In this document: piece by piece, positions 55,391 through 64,000 of the stretch
Numbering within the stretch: the first letter of the stretch is position 1
How the letters are laid out: each line of letters begins with the position of its first letter
Source: Opitutales bacterium
GTDB taxonomy: Bacteria; Verrucomicrobiota; Verrucomicrobiia; Opitutales; JABSRG01
Length of the DNA stretch: 64,000 nucleotides
NCBI GenBank assembly: GCA_028280845.1
Contig: JANQKZ010000041.1
Coordinates: 8,549 to 72,548 of the forward strand
Direction of reading: 5' to 3'
The notes under the pieces: generated by a model
The model's database searches: none
What the model saw: only the letters and a program-made list of their open reading frames with translations
What the model was told of the DNA's origin: nothing
Made by a program: the position numbers and the translations under genes

Positions 55391-55630
55391 CCTGGTATCT
55401 GGCCCCATGGCTCGGTGGCTTCCCGGATCCCTTGCATCGTAGCAGAGCCTGAGGGATTGACGGGGAGTTAGTCCTTTACCGCGTTTGGATATGCAATATC
55501 AGGGCATGGTTTTCATCATTTTTTACCGGATTGGGTGGATTTCGCTTTGCCAAATGGGGGTTTTTTCCGCACGGTCTAGGGTGAATTAACCACTGATAGC
55601 ACCTCTTTCCTGCCCCTCTACTAGCACACC

Positions 55631-56242
55631 ATGGGCGACCTATCTCCAGAAACCACGGCCATTCTTCAAGCAATTCAGGCTGAGTTGCGCAAGGAAGGAA
55701 AACCTTCCGAGGAAGAAGAAAAGACCACCCTCAATACCGTTTCCAAAATGATTGTGAATGTCCTCAAAGCCGAGGCGCTCACCATTTACAAGATCTGTCG
55801 CAAAGAGAATATCTTTCACTTCATTTATTACTCGCCGACCCTCACCCGGACCCCCTTCCCCAATTCTTCCCTGGTTGCGGTTCTGCAGGAAAAGTTGCTG
55901 GGCTACCGCCTACCCGAAGGGATGGGAATCGTGGGGCAAGTGATCGAAACGGGCCAACCCGATGTGTTCAAAAAGGCTCCGGAGGACAAACGGATGCTCG
56001 ATCTATCGGAATACACCGGCTTTTCCGTTCACAGCATGATGACCTTTCCCATCACTGCCAGGGAAACGCTGGGAGCCATTCAGATTTTGAATAAGAAGAC
56101 CACGCACGCCTTTGTGGAAACCGATGTAGTTTTCATGAACCGGCTCATGGAACCCCTTTCTTTTTACCTGTCCAAGGCCTGGGTTGACGATTTCGTTTTG
56201 ACAGAGGAAGAGAGAAAGATGCTATACTGTGAACACGCCTGA
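55631..56242 (+). CDS. GAF domain protein
   Basis: 203-aa ORF. GAF-like pattern (GIVGQVIETGQPDVF ... FSVHSMMTFPI ... LGAIQILNK). No output domain. Confidence 0.65.
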   Translation: MGDLSPETTAILQAIQAELRKEGKPSEEEEKTTLNTVSKMIVNVLKAEALTIYKICRKENIFHFIYYSPTLTRTPFPNSSLVAVLQEKLLGYRLPEGMGIVGQVIETGQPDVFKKAPEDKRMLDLSEYTGFSVHSMMTFPITARETLGAIQILNKKTTHAFVETDVVFMNRLMEPLSFYLSKAWVDDFVLTEEERKMLYCEHA

Positions 56243-56325
56243 ACCGTCGGGCCCTCTTTTCGCATAAGCCCTGGTTACCCCACTCAGGATCTCTTACCCC
56301 AACACAATTCAGCTCTCCCTACCCC

Positions 56326-58182
56326 ATGAGTAGTGACACCCTCCCTCTTCACGAGGAACGTGAATCCGTTGTCATTCGCTTCGCCGGTGATTCCGGTGAC
56401 GGCATGCAGCTGGTCGGCGAACGCTTTGGTGACGTCTCCGTCCTTTCCGGTCATGATATCAGTACCTACCCGGACTATCCGGCAGAGATTCGAGCACCCC
56501 AGGGAAGCCTGATGGGTGTATCCGGATTCCAGATACACTTCGGCCACCAGAAACATGTCTATACCCCGGGTGACAGCGTGGACGCCCTTGTGGCGATGAA
56601 TCCGGCCGCGCTCAAAGTCAGCCTTCCCTTGCTTCAGAAAAAGGGCCTCCTGGTGGTGAACCAGGACACCTTCTCCAAGTCCAACCTGAAGAAAGCCGAC
56701 TATGCAGAAAACCCGCTCGAGGATCACGACCTCCAGGGCCAGTACAATATTTTACCCACGGCAATTTCGCAGCTGACCAAAGAAGCGCTTAAGGACAGCC
56801 CCCTCACCGACCGGGAAAAGGACCGCTGCAAAAATATTTTCGCCCTGGGGCTGATGTACTTCCTCTTCGATCGATCGCTTACTCCTACCATTGACTGGCT
56901 AGAGAAAAAGTTTGGCAAAAAGCCGGAGATCCTGGAAGCCAACCGCACCGTCCTGGAAGCCGGTTTCCACTATGGAGAGACCCTTGAACTCATGGCCTCC
57001 CGGGTCAAAGTAAAGAAAGCCGAAATGGCGCCGGGCCGTTACCGCAAAATCACCGGGAATCAGGGACTGGCTCTCGGTTTTATCCTTGGGTCAAAGAAAT
57101 CGGACCGCTCCCTGCTGTATGCGGGCTACCCCATTACCCCGGCCTCGACTCTGCTGGAGGAGATGTCTCGGCATATGGCCCTGGGCGTGAAGACCTTCCA
57201 GGGTGAAGATGAGATTGCCAGCATCGGCGCAGCAATCGGGGCCAGCTTTGCGGGAAACCTGGGCATTACCGGAACCAGTGGTCCCGGGCTCTGCTTAAAG
57301 GCAGAGTTTGCCGGACTCGCCGTCATGACGGAATTGCCCCTGGTCATCGTCAATGTTCAGCGAGGCGGGCCCAGCACGGGCTTGCCCACTAAGGTGGAAC
57401 AAGCCGACTTACTGCAGGCGCTCTATGGGCGGAATGGGGAATCGCCCATGCCCGTCATCTCTGCGTCCTCCCCGTCCGATTGCTTTGAGGTAGGATTTGA
57501 GGCGGTGCGGATTGCCTTGGAATACAACACACCGGTCACGCTCCTGTCCGATGGCTACATTGCGAATGGAGCCGAACCCTGGCTGGTCCCATCAGCCAGC
57601 ACGCTTCCCGATATACAATGCCAGGCAGAGGGACAGGGAACCAATGGGGAATACCTCCCCTTCGCCCGGGACCCGGAAACCCATATCCGCAAACTCGCTT
57701 ACCCGGGCACCGCCGGAAAAGAACACCGGATCGGCGGCTTGGAAAAAGATGAAACCAGCAAAGTAACCAGCAACCCGGACAACCACGAGGCCATGGTCCA
57801 CGCTCGAGCCAAGAAAGTGGCAGGGATCGCGGCCTCTATTCCCCCTACGCCGATTTTTGGACATCCCACCGGTGATGTCCTCGTGCTGAGCTGGGGCAGC
57901 GTGGCTGGCGCGGCTCACAGCGCTATCGAATATCTTCACCGGGAAGGCATCGAATCCGCAAGCCACGCCAATATCCGTTACTTAAACCCACTCCCCCCGG
58001 ATCTTGGAGATATCATGAAGAACTTTAAACAAGTCCTCATTCCGGAGCTCAATATGGGGCAGTTCCATATGCTAATCCGGGCAACATATCTCGTTCCCGC
58101 CGTTCCCCTGAACAAGGTCCGGGGTCAACCCTTTGCCGTCACCGAAATCGTAGCTAAAATTCAGGAACTTTTACACACATGA
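56326..58182 (+). CDS. korA: 2-oxoacid (2-oxoglutarate):ferredoxin oxidoreductase, alpha subunit (fused gamma-alpha type)
   Basis: 618 aa. N-terminal gamma-like IRFAGDSGDGMQL..YPDYPAEIRAP followed by the alpha pyrimidine-binding domain (GYPITPAS, GTSGPG, RGGPSTGLPTK). Confidence 0.85.
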   Translation: MSSDTLPLHEERESVVIRFAGDSGDGMQLVGERFGDVSVLSGHDISTYPDYPAEIRAPQGSLMGVSGFQIHFGHQKHVYTPGDSVDALVAMNPAALKVSLPLLQKKGLLVVNQDTFSKSNLKKADYAENPLEDHDLQGQYNILPTAISQLTKEALKDSPLTDREKDRCKNIFALGLMYFLFDRSLTPTIDWLEKKFGKKPEILEANRTVLEAGFHYGETLELMASRVKVKKAEMAPGRYRKITGNQGLALGFILGSKKSDRSLLYAGYPITPASTLLEEMSRHMALGVKTFQGEDEIASIGAAIGASFAGNLGITGTSGPGLCLKAEFAGLAVMTELPLVIVNVQRGGPSTGLPTKVEQADLLQALYGRNGESPMPVISASSPSDCFEVGFEAVRIALEYNTPVTLLSDGYIANGAEPWLVPSASTLPDIQCQAEGQGTNGEYLPFARDPETHIRKLAYPGTAGKEHRIGGLEKDETSKVTSNPDNHEAMVHARAKKVAGIAASIPPTPIFGHPTGDVLVLSWGSVAGAAHSAIEYLHREGIESASHANIRYLNPLPPDLGDIMKNFKQVLIPELNMGQFHMLIRATYLVPAVPLNKVRGQPFAVTEIVAKIQELLHT

Positions 58183-59207
58183 GCACGCCCGCAACCGAAA
58201 CGAAATTAACGAAACGCGATTTCGCCGCAGAAACCGCCCGCTGGTGCCCTGGATGTGGAGACTACGCCGTGTTGTCGACCATGCAAAAGGTCTTTGCCAC
58301 CCTCGGTATACCGCGAGAAAAAATTGTGGTCGTCAGCGGTATCGGCTGCTCAAGCCGCTTTCCCTATTACATGAACACCTTCGGGTTTCACACCATTCAT
58401 GGCCGGGCTCCCACCGTGGCCACCGGCATCAAACTGGCCAACCCGGACCTGTCCGTATGGGTGATCACAGGGGATGGGGACGGCCTGTCTATCGGAGGTA
58501 ACCACCTCTTGCACACCATGCGGCGTAACCTTGATATCAATGTGGTGTTATTCAACAACCACGTTTACGCCCTGACCAAGGGCCAATTCAGCCCAACATC
58601 CCAAACCGGCCGCGTGACGAAAACCTCCCCGGAAGGTTCCATCGACCACCCCATTGAACCCGTCATCTTCGCACTGGGTGCCGAAGCTACGTTTGTCGGT
58701 CGAACGGCCGACACGATGGCCCAACACATGGAGCGCATTCTTCTCGAGGCGGCCCGACATAAAGGGACCTCTTTTGTGGAAATCCTCCAGCACTGCGTCA
58801 TCTTTGATCACCATGGCTGGGAACACCTCACCGGTCGGGACGTCCGCGATGACAACCTCGTCCAGCTGGAGGCGGGGCAACCCATTATATTTGGCAAGGA
58901 TCATACTAAAGGAATCCGCTCCAGGGGAGATGCCCTGGAAGTGATCCCCCTGGACACAGGAGAGTACTCGGAAGCGGACTGTGTGGTCCATGATCCCGGC
59001 ACCATGAACTACCTCTACTCGCGAATGATCGCCCGGATGAATCACCCGGAGTTTCCCGTTCCGCTAGGAGTCATCCGCGCGAAAAAGGACCGCGAAACCT
59101 ACGAAACCTCTTTACAAACCAAGATCGACGCCGTCCGGAAAAAACGGGGAGCAACTTCAGACCTGGATGCCCTGATCCAGGGTCCGGACTCCTGGGTTGT
59201 AGAGTAA
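58179..59207 (+). CDS. korB: 2-oxoacid:ferredoxin oxidoreductase, beta (TPP-binding) subunit
   Basis: WCPGCGDY, SGIGCS and the TPP motif GDGD..SIGGNH..N..YALTKGQ. The start overlaps the korA stop (ATGA). Confidence 0.9.
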   Translation: MSTPATETKLTKRDFAAETARWCPGCGDYAVLSTMQKVFATLGIPREKIVVVSGIGCSSRFPYYMNTFGFHTIHGRAPTVATGIKLANPDLSVWVITGDGDGLSIGGNHLLHTMRRNLDINVVLFNNHVYALTKGQFSPTSQTGRVTKTSPEGSIDHPIEPVIFALGAEATFVGRTADTMAQHMERILLEAARHKGTSFVEILQHCVIFDHHGWEHLTGRDVRDDNLVQLEAGQPIIFGKDHTKGIRSRGDALEVIPLDTGEYSEADCVVHDPGTMNYLYSRMIARMNHPEFPVPLGVIRAKKDRETYETSLQTKIDAVRKKRGATSDLDALIQGPDSWVVE

Positions 59208-59220
59208 GGAGTTCACCTCA

Positions 59221-59239
59221 GGAAACCCGCAGGGTTTCC
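59221..59239 (+). terminator. terminator-like hairpin after korB
   Basis: GGAAACCC-GCA-GGGTTTCC, a perfect 8-bp stem 14 nt after the korB stop. The downstream tract (ACCTGTTTCAC) is only weakly T-rich. Confidence 0.4.
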
Positions 59240-59359
59240 ACCTGTTTCACCGGGGCCAGTGTAAACGACATGATTCCCGCAGATAAAGGTTTTGATCTCT
59301 ATCTGCATTTCCCTAGGCTGTGGAAGTTTCTACTATCCTAGAATCTCTCAGGTCTAACG

Positions 59360-62300
59360 ATGATACTCATTAAGCGACCCCTCTCACTCTTCTTGCGGTT
59401 ATTGCTAACTCTAGCACTTTGCGGAATCCCTGGGTTGTCTGCCCAGACCAATGATTCCAATCCAGCCATTCGGCAAACCCGCCCGATCACGCCCACCCGG
59501 CCGGTGCTTTCCCTGCAATCTGAATTGGTCGGAGCCTACCGAAAAATCAGGGAGCTGAACCGGGAGATCGACCAACTGAACGGCGAAGTCGACCAACAGC
59601 AAGAGGAAATCCGCCAGCTTTCCGATGCCCTGAATGACCGGGGCAACCAGATTTCCCGCCTTGAAAGTGATTTGAATTCCGGAGCCTCGGCCCGGTCGCA
59701 ACTGGAAGGTCAATTGGCTTCGGTTAACCAGCAACTGGAAACGGAATCCGCTACCCTGACTGCGCAGATCGACCAACTCGAGTCTGAGTTATCGGCCCGA
59801 CAAGCGGAACTTGACCAGGCGGTTTTCGCCACGGGAATATTACGGGCGGAGGTCGACGAACAAAACCGGACCATCATTTCCCTGCGAAACGAGATCCTGG
59901 AAAAAGACGAATCCCTGGCCAGCTCTCAATCGGACTTGCGGATCCAGCTCTCACAAAGCGAGCAACTGGTGCAGGAACAAGCTTCGAGCATTCGCGATTT
60001 AGAGGCCAGGGTCCGTCTGCTCGAGTCCAACCTGGCTAATCGGGATGAGGAAGTGACCAGCTTGACGGCGCAGTTGGAAGCCGACGATTCCGATGAAGCC
60101 CTAAGCGCTGCCCAGGCTGCTTTGGTCGCCCAGACCGCGACCCACCGGGATGAAGTGGATGCATTGAATGCGCAACTATCCATTTTGGAAGCCGAACTTT
60201 CGAGCGCCCGGGCCACTGCCCGATCAGCCGGAGACGCTGAAGCCCTGTCAGATCGAATACAATCTCTTGAGGCAGCCAATCGCTCGCTGGAGGATCAGCT
60301 TGCCCAATCCCAATCAGATCTGGGCAACGCCAATACATCCCTTTCCCAACAAGCAGATCGAGTGGAAGCCCTCGAGATGCGGGTGCAAGAACTGCAAGCC
60401 TCCAGCACCGACTTAGCCGGAGTCGATACCCTTCAAACCCAGGTGGAACAACTGACCCGCCAGCTGGAAAGCGCCCGGTCCAATAACGAGGATCTGGAAA
60501 GCCGGCTCCTCATTCTGTCCGCCAGTTTAAATGAGAGCCGCCAGGAGAACCAATCCCTGGAGGCTCAGCTTTCAGCCGCCGCCCAATACGGAAACCCGGA
60601 ATTGGAGTCCAGGATTACTCAACTCACCGAGGAATTAAATCAGGCACAATTTCAGAATGCCAACCTTCAGGATCTCCTCGAAGAACGCCGTGAGCTCGCC
60701 ATTCAGGAAGCCCGACGAATCAATGAGCTCGACTCCGAACTCCTTGCCCTGAGAGAGATCGAGCGCAATAAGAACGCTGAGATTGCAACCATCCGGGCGG
60801 CCGAGGCAGAGAACCGAGAGGCCTTTGAAAACCAGGTATCCCGACTGCAGACACAGTTAGATGAAGCCAATGCACAAGTAGCGGCGTCTGCGGATGCCCG
60901 AAACACCACGGCCTTCCAAGCCTCTAAAATTCGGGATTTGCAGGACGAGTTAGTCACCATGCAGGAGGAGCTGAATGCCCGGGACGAACAGTTAATTCGC
61001 CTCCAGGAACGCTTAACCGACCTTTCCCAGAACTCAGACTCGGCCACAACCAACCTGCAAAATGAGATGTCGGCCATGCGGGCTCAATGGGAAGCGGAAC
61101 GGGGTGTTCTCGAATCGAATTTATCCACTTCGGACCTGCTCATACTTCGACTTCGAGAGGATATCAGTACCCGGGATCGACAGATCGAAGCCCTTTCCGA
61201 AGAGCGTATGCTGCAGGCTGAACAAATTGCCGAACTCACGACCCAAAGCGAAACCACGAATAGCGAACTCCAGGCCGAGCTGAGCGCCCTTCGACAGGGT
61301 CTCACGGATCGGGATACGACCATATCCAACCTGGAAACACAGCTGGCCACAGCCAACAATCAGCTCGTCTCTGCCCGGTCGGATGGCGAGCACGAAACCG
61401 CCCGCCTGTTAACTGAAATCGCCATGCTGCAAAAACTCCGGGAAGAGCAGGCCACAACCATCTCCGGGCTGGAAGAGGAGAACTCAAATTTCCAGGAAAC
61501 CATGACCAATGGAGTAGCCCTCCTCAATGAGCGGGATGAGCGAATCGCCAGCCTGGAGGCGGAGTTGGTTGAAACCTACGCTCGCCTGGATGCACTTTCA
61601 GAGAATGAATCCAATGAATCCGCTGCCCTGGCAGCTGAGCTGGCGGCCTTGCAGACATTACAGCAAACCAGGGATACTCAGCGGGAATCCCTGGAGGGCG
61701 AACTGGAAACGGCCAACAGTTCCCTCCAATCCCTGACCTCCCAATTGGAAGCCGCCAACCGGCAAATAGCGGACCTGGAGAGCAATGGAGATAGTGAAGT
61801 GGCTCGGCTCACCGCCGAACTCGCCGCCATCACCGCGCTTCAGGGCGGAAAGAACACGCGCATTGCTGAACTGGAATCCGAACTCCAATCGTCAAACGCA
61901 ACCCTTGAGTCCGTGCGGTCCGCCTCTGGTTCCCAACAGAGCGAACTCAACTCCCTGCAAACCCGTTACGCCCAACTCGAGACTGAAAATGCCCAACTCG
62001 AGGCAGAGTTCTCCGCCTTCCGGACCGACACTGAAGCGCGCCTCGCATCCGCTCAGGAACAGCTGGCTGGAGGTCGCGAATTACAGGACACCCTCAGCGC
62101 ACGAGATCAGGACGTCGCCCGCCTCCAGGCCGATATCCTTTCAAGGGATAACCAGATTGAAAGCCTGCAAAGCCAACTCGAACAGCTGGAGGGAGCGTTA
62201 AGCGAAACGGCCGGGATCGCGGACGAACTGGAAGACCTGGAGACCCAACTGGCCTCGATGAACTCCGAACTGAATCAGCGGGATAATACTATATCCAATC

Positions 62301-63118
62301 TCCAGTCCAGCCTGGAGGACCGGGACATGACCCTGGCTGCTAACGTGGCTGCCCACGAACAGGCGATAAATAAGAACGAGGAAGACCTGGACGCCCTTCG
62401 CGCTCAACTCACCAGTGCCCGCGAAACTACACAAGCCCAGATCACCACCGCCTTGGAAAAGGCAAGCCAGGAGCATCAGAATACATTGCGGCAGGCTGCT
62501 ACCCGGTTGACCATCCTCCAGCGCGAGTTAGATGAGCGGGACGAATTCCAGGAACAGATGCGGCGCCAGAATGCCGTTTTAATTCGCCGTAAGGAAGAAG
62601 ACCTCGCTGAGCTGAATACCCGATTTCAAAGGAACGTCACCGAAATGGCCGCACTCCAGACTCAATTTGAAACCTTGAAGACGACGTGGGAACGAGATCG
62701 ACGTACCTTAAATGGGCTTGAATCCAGGACTCGAGCACAACTGGCAGCCCTGACCAAAGAAAAGGAAGCCCTCGAGCTACAGGTCAGAGAATTGAGCAAC
62801 AACCTGCTGGAAACCGAAGAAGCTCGCGAGCAGGTCAGCAATCAGGTAGCCCGACTCGAAAAAAACCAATCTTCCGGACAGGATCAGATAAACGAGACGA
62901 TCACTTCCCTCCGCAGACAGCTCGCTGATCGGGAAGAAGCCCTCGCCAAGCTACAAAATGACCTGGAAGAACTCAGCGCCAACTACCTCAATGAATCGGA
63001 CGACTATGATAATCGCCTCTCGCAGAAAGATAGGGAAATCGCCCGCCTCAACAGTGAAAAACAAGCCCTGGAGCAACGCATCGCCGACTTGGAAAACCAA
63101 TTGAGGGCCTCCGGGTAA
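59360..63118 (+). CDS. giant secreted coiled-coil protein (1252 aa)
   Basis: Signal peptide (LRLLLTLALCGIPGLSAQ). Nearly uninterrupted Q/E/L/A/S-rich heptad sequence with internally repeated units (..ESAALAAELAALQTLQQTRDT..LEGELETANSSLQSL.. / ..SEVARLTAELAAITALQGGKNT..LESELQSSNATLESV..). No nucleotide-binding motifs. Confidence 0.7.
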   Translation: MILIKRPLSLFLRLLLTLALCGIPGLSAQTNDSNPAIRQTRPITPTRPVLSLQSELVGAYRKIRELNREIDQLNGEVDQQQEEIRQLSDALNDRGNQISRLESDLNSGASARSQLEGQLASVNQQLETESATLTAQIDQLESELSARQAELDQAVFATGILRAEVDEQNRTIISLRNEILEKDESLASSQSDLRIQLSQSEQLVQEQASSIRDLEARVRLLESNLANRDEEVTSLTAQLEADDSDEALSAAQAALVAQTATHRDEVDALNAQLSILEAELSSARATARSAGDAEALSDRIQSLEAANRSLEDQLAQSQSDLGNANTSLSQQADRVEALEMRVQELQASSTDLAGVDTLQTQVEQLTRQLESARSNNEDLESRLLILSASLNESRQENQSLEAQLSAAAQYGNPELESRITQLTEELNQAQFQNANLQDLLEERRELAIQEARRINELDSELLALREIERNKNAEIATIRAAEAENREAFENQVSRLQTQLDEANAQVAASADARNTTAFQASKIRDLQDELVTMQEELNARDEQLIRLQERLTDLSQNSDSATTNLQNEMSAMRAQWEAERGVLESNLSTSDLLILRLREDISTRDRQIEALSEERMLQAEQIAELTTQSETTNSELQAELSALRQGLTDRDTTISNLETQLATANNQLVSARSDGEHETARLLTEIAMLQKLREEQATTISGLEEENSNFQETMTNGVALLNERDERIASLEAELVETYARLDALSENESNESAALAAELAALQTLQQTRDTQRESLEGELETANSSLQSLTSQLEAANRQIADLESNGDSEVARLTAELAAITALQGGKNTRIAELESELQSSNATLESVRSASGSQQSELNSLQTRYAQLETENAQLEAEFSAFRTDTEARLASAQEQLAGGRELQDTLSARDQDVARLQADILSRDNQIESLQSQLEQLEGALSETAGIADELEDLETQLASMNSELNQRDNTISNLQSSLEDRDMTLAANVAAHEQAINKNEEDLDALRAQLTSARETTQAQITTALEKASQEHQNTLRQAATRLTILQRELDERDEFQEQMRRQNAVLIRRKEEDLAELNTRFQRNVTEMAALQTQFETLKTTWERDRRTLNGLESRTRAQLAALTKEKEALELQVRELSNNLLETEEAREQVSNQVARLEKNQSSGQDQINETITSLRRQLADREEALAKLQNDLEELSANYLNESDDYDNRLSQKDREIARLNSEKQALEQRIADLENQLRASG

Positions 63119-63167
63119 TCCTCGCTTCAACATTGCGCAAACGCCATTCTCAGCCTTCAGTTGTCGC

Positions 63168-64000
63168 ATGCCCATTCCCACCCCCGAGGAGATTCTTTCC
63201 CAGATACATGCTATCACCGAGGAGATCGCAGACCTCCGGCATGAAATTCACGCCTACCCGGAATTGGGATTCGAAGAGGTCGAAACGTCCCGGAAGGTGC
63301 TCGAACAGCTCTCCACCTTGGAGGGATTTGAAATTCGTGAGGGAATCGCAAAAACGGGAATTGTCGCCACGCTCGGCGCCGATAAATCGGGGGCATGTAT
63401 CGGCCTGCGGGCAGATATGGATTGTCTCCCTATTGAAGACACCACTGGAACCCCCTGGTTCTCCAAACGGCCGGGGCTGAGTCACGCCTGCGGACATGAT
63501 GGACACACCGCTGCCCTTGTCGGGGCCGCCAAAATACTATCGCGATACCAGGACCAACTCCCCGGACCGGTGAAGTTTATTTTTCAACCGGCCGAGGAAC
63601 GCCTGGGAGGAGGTCACCACATGGTAGAGGAGGGTGCGCTGAAAAATCCGGACGTGGCTGCTATTTTTGGCCTTCACGGTTGGCCCTACCTCCCCTTCGG
63701 AACCGTCGGTCACCGGCGAGGCCCGCTCATGGCCTCTTCGGATTCCTTCAGAATAACAATTAAAGGCATAGGGTCGCATGGGGCCTACCCCCATTTGAGC
63801 ATAGACCCCATCGTGGTGGCCACTCAAGTGATCCAAGCCCTGCAGACCCTCGTATCGAGAAGAACCGATCCCTTGGATAGCGCAGTCGTAACGGTAGGTC
63901 AGATCCAAAGTAGTGGCACCTACAATATCATTGCAGAGGAATGCCTGCTGCTCGGCACAATTCGTGCCCTGACCGCTGAGACCCGGGCCTTTCTACACAA
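63168..64000 (+). CDS. M20-family amidohydrolase (N-acyl-amino-acid/hippurate hydrolase-like), 3'-truncated by the window edge
   Basis: Not in the ORF track, because it has no stop codon before the window end. My translation from ATG 63168 reads MPIPTPEEILSQIHAITEEIADLRHEIHAYPELGFEEVETS...GLRADMDCLPI...HACGHDGHTAAL...FIFQPAEE...GLHGWP..., which is the classic M20D pattern. Confidence 0.85.
   Translation, partial: MPIPTPEEILSQIHAITEEIADLRHEIHAYPELGFEEVETSRKVLEQLSTLEGFEIREGIAKTGIVATLGADKSGACIGLRADMDCLPIEDTTGTPWFSKRPGLSHACGHDGHTAALVGAAKILSRYQDQLPGPVKFIFQPAEERLGGGHHMVEEGALKNPDVAAIFGLHGWPYLPFGTVGHRRGPLMASSDSFRITIKGIGSHGAYPHLSIDPIVVATQVIQALQTLVSRRTDPLDSAVVTVGQIQSSGTYNIIAEECLLLGTIRALTAETRAFLH

Noticed and set aside
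1-64000. CRISPR arrays, rRNA genes, long tandem DNA repeats and group II introns.
   Set aside because: Reading both strands, I found no regularly spaced short direct repeats, no rRNA-like conserved blocks and no intron domain V-like motif. The only periodic signal is protein-level heptad repetition in 59360..63118 and the paralog modules.

Overview
This is a moderately GC-rich chromosomal window. Its gene content suggests a PVC-group bacterium, most likely Verrucomicrobiota. That inference rests on DUF1800/DUF1501 pairs, an ADOP-type duplicated FtsX permease, a giant TonB-dependent receptor, and an IS200-like Y1 transposase with a DnaA-C-like tail. No database search was possible.

Positions 1-37 kb and 55.6-64 kb look like ordinary core or shell genome:
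- two DUF1501 genes with a DUF1800 gene;
- a 1276-aa TonB-dependent receptor;
- mutS, tRNA-Leu(UAA), apt and a LacI regulator;
- a three-gene phosphorelay;
- the conserved ATP-grasp / alpha-E / transglutaminase trio;
- korAB;
- a 1252-aa secreted coiled-coil protein;
- a partial M20 amidohydrolase at the right edge, which is absent from the ORF track.

The stand-out region is an accessory island of about 18 kb (about 37.2-55.4 kb), almost entirely on the minus strand. It contains:
- seven full, one truncated and one remnant copy of a secreted fibre-like protein family. Bodies are variable or mosaic, and a C-terminal module of about 100 aa is nearly invariant;
- six of those copies in tandem, packed directly upstream of a calcium-binding-repeat protein, a TPR-like protein, a 2184-aa Sec-signal Rhs/YD toxin with an unassigned 352-aa C-terminal tip, and AT-rich putative immunity genes;
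- a decayed orphan Rhs core fragment;
- a Y1 (RAYT-like) transposase gene flanked by inverted repeats of about 26-31 bp, which abut and truncate both neighbouring genes.

The island is bracketed by direct repeats of about 110-170 bp.

All identities, repeat matches and compositional statements are hand or eye estimates. No CRISPR array, rRNA or phage structural module was seen.
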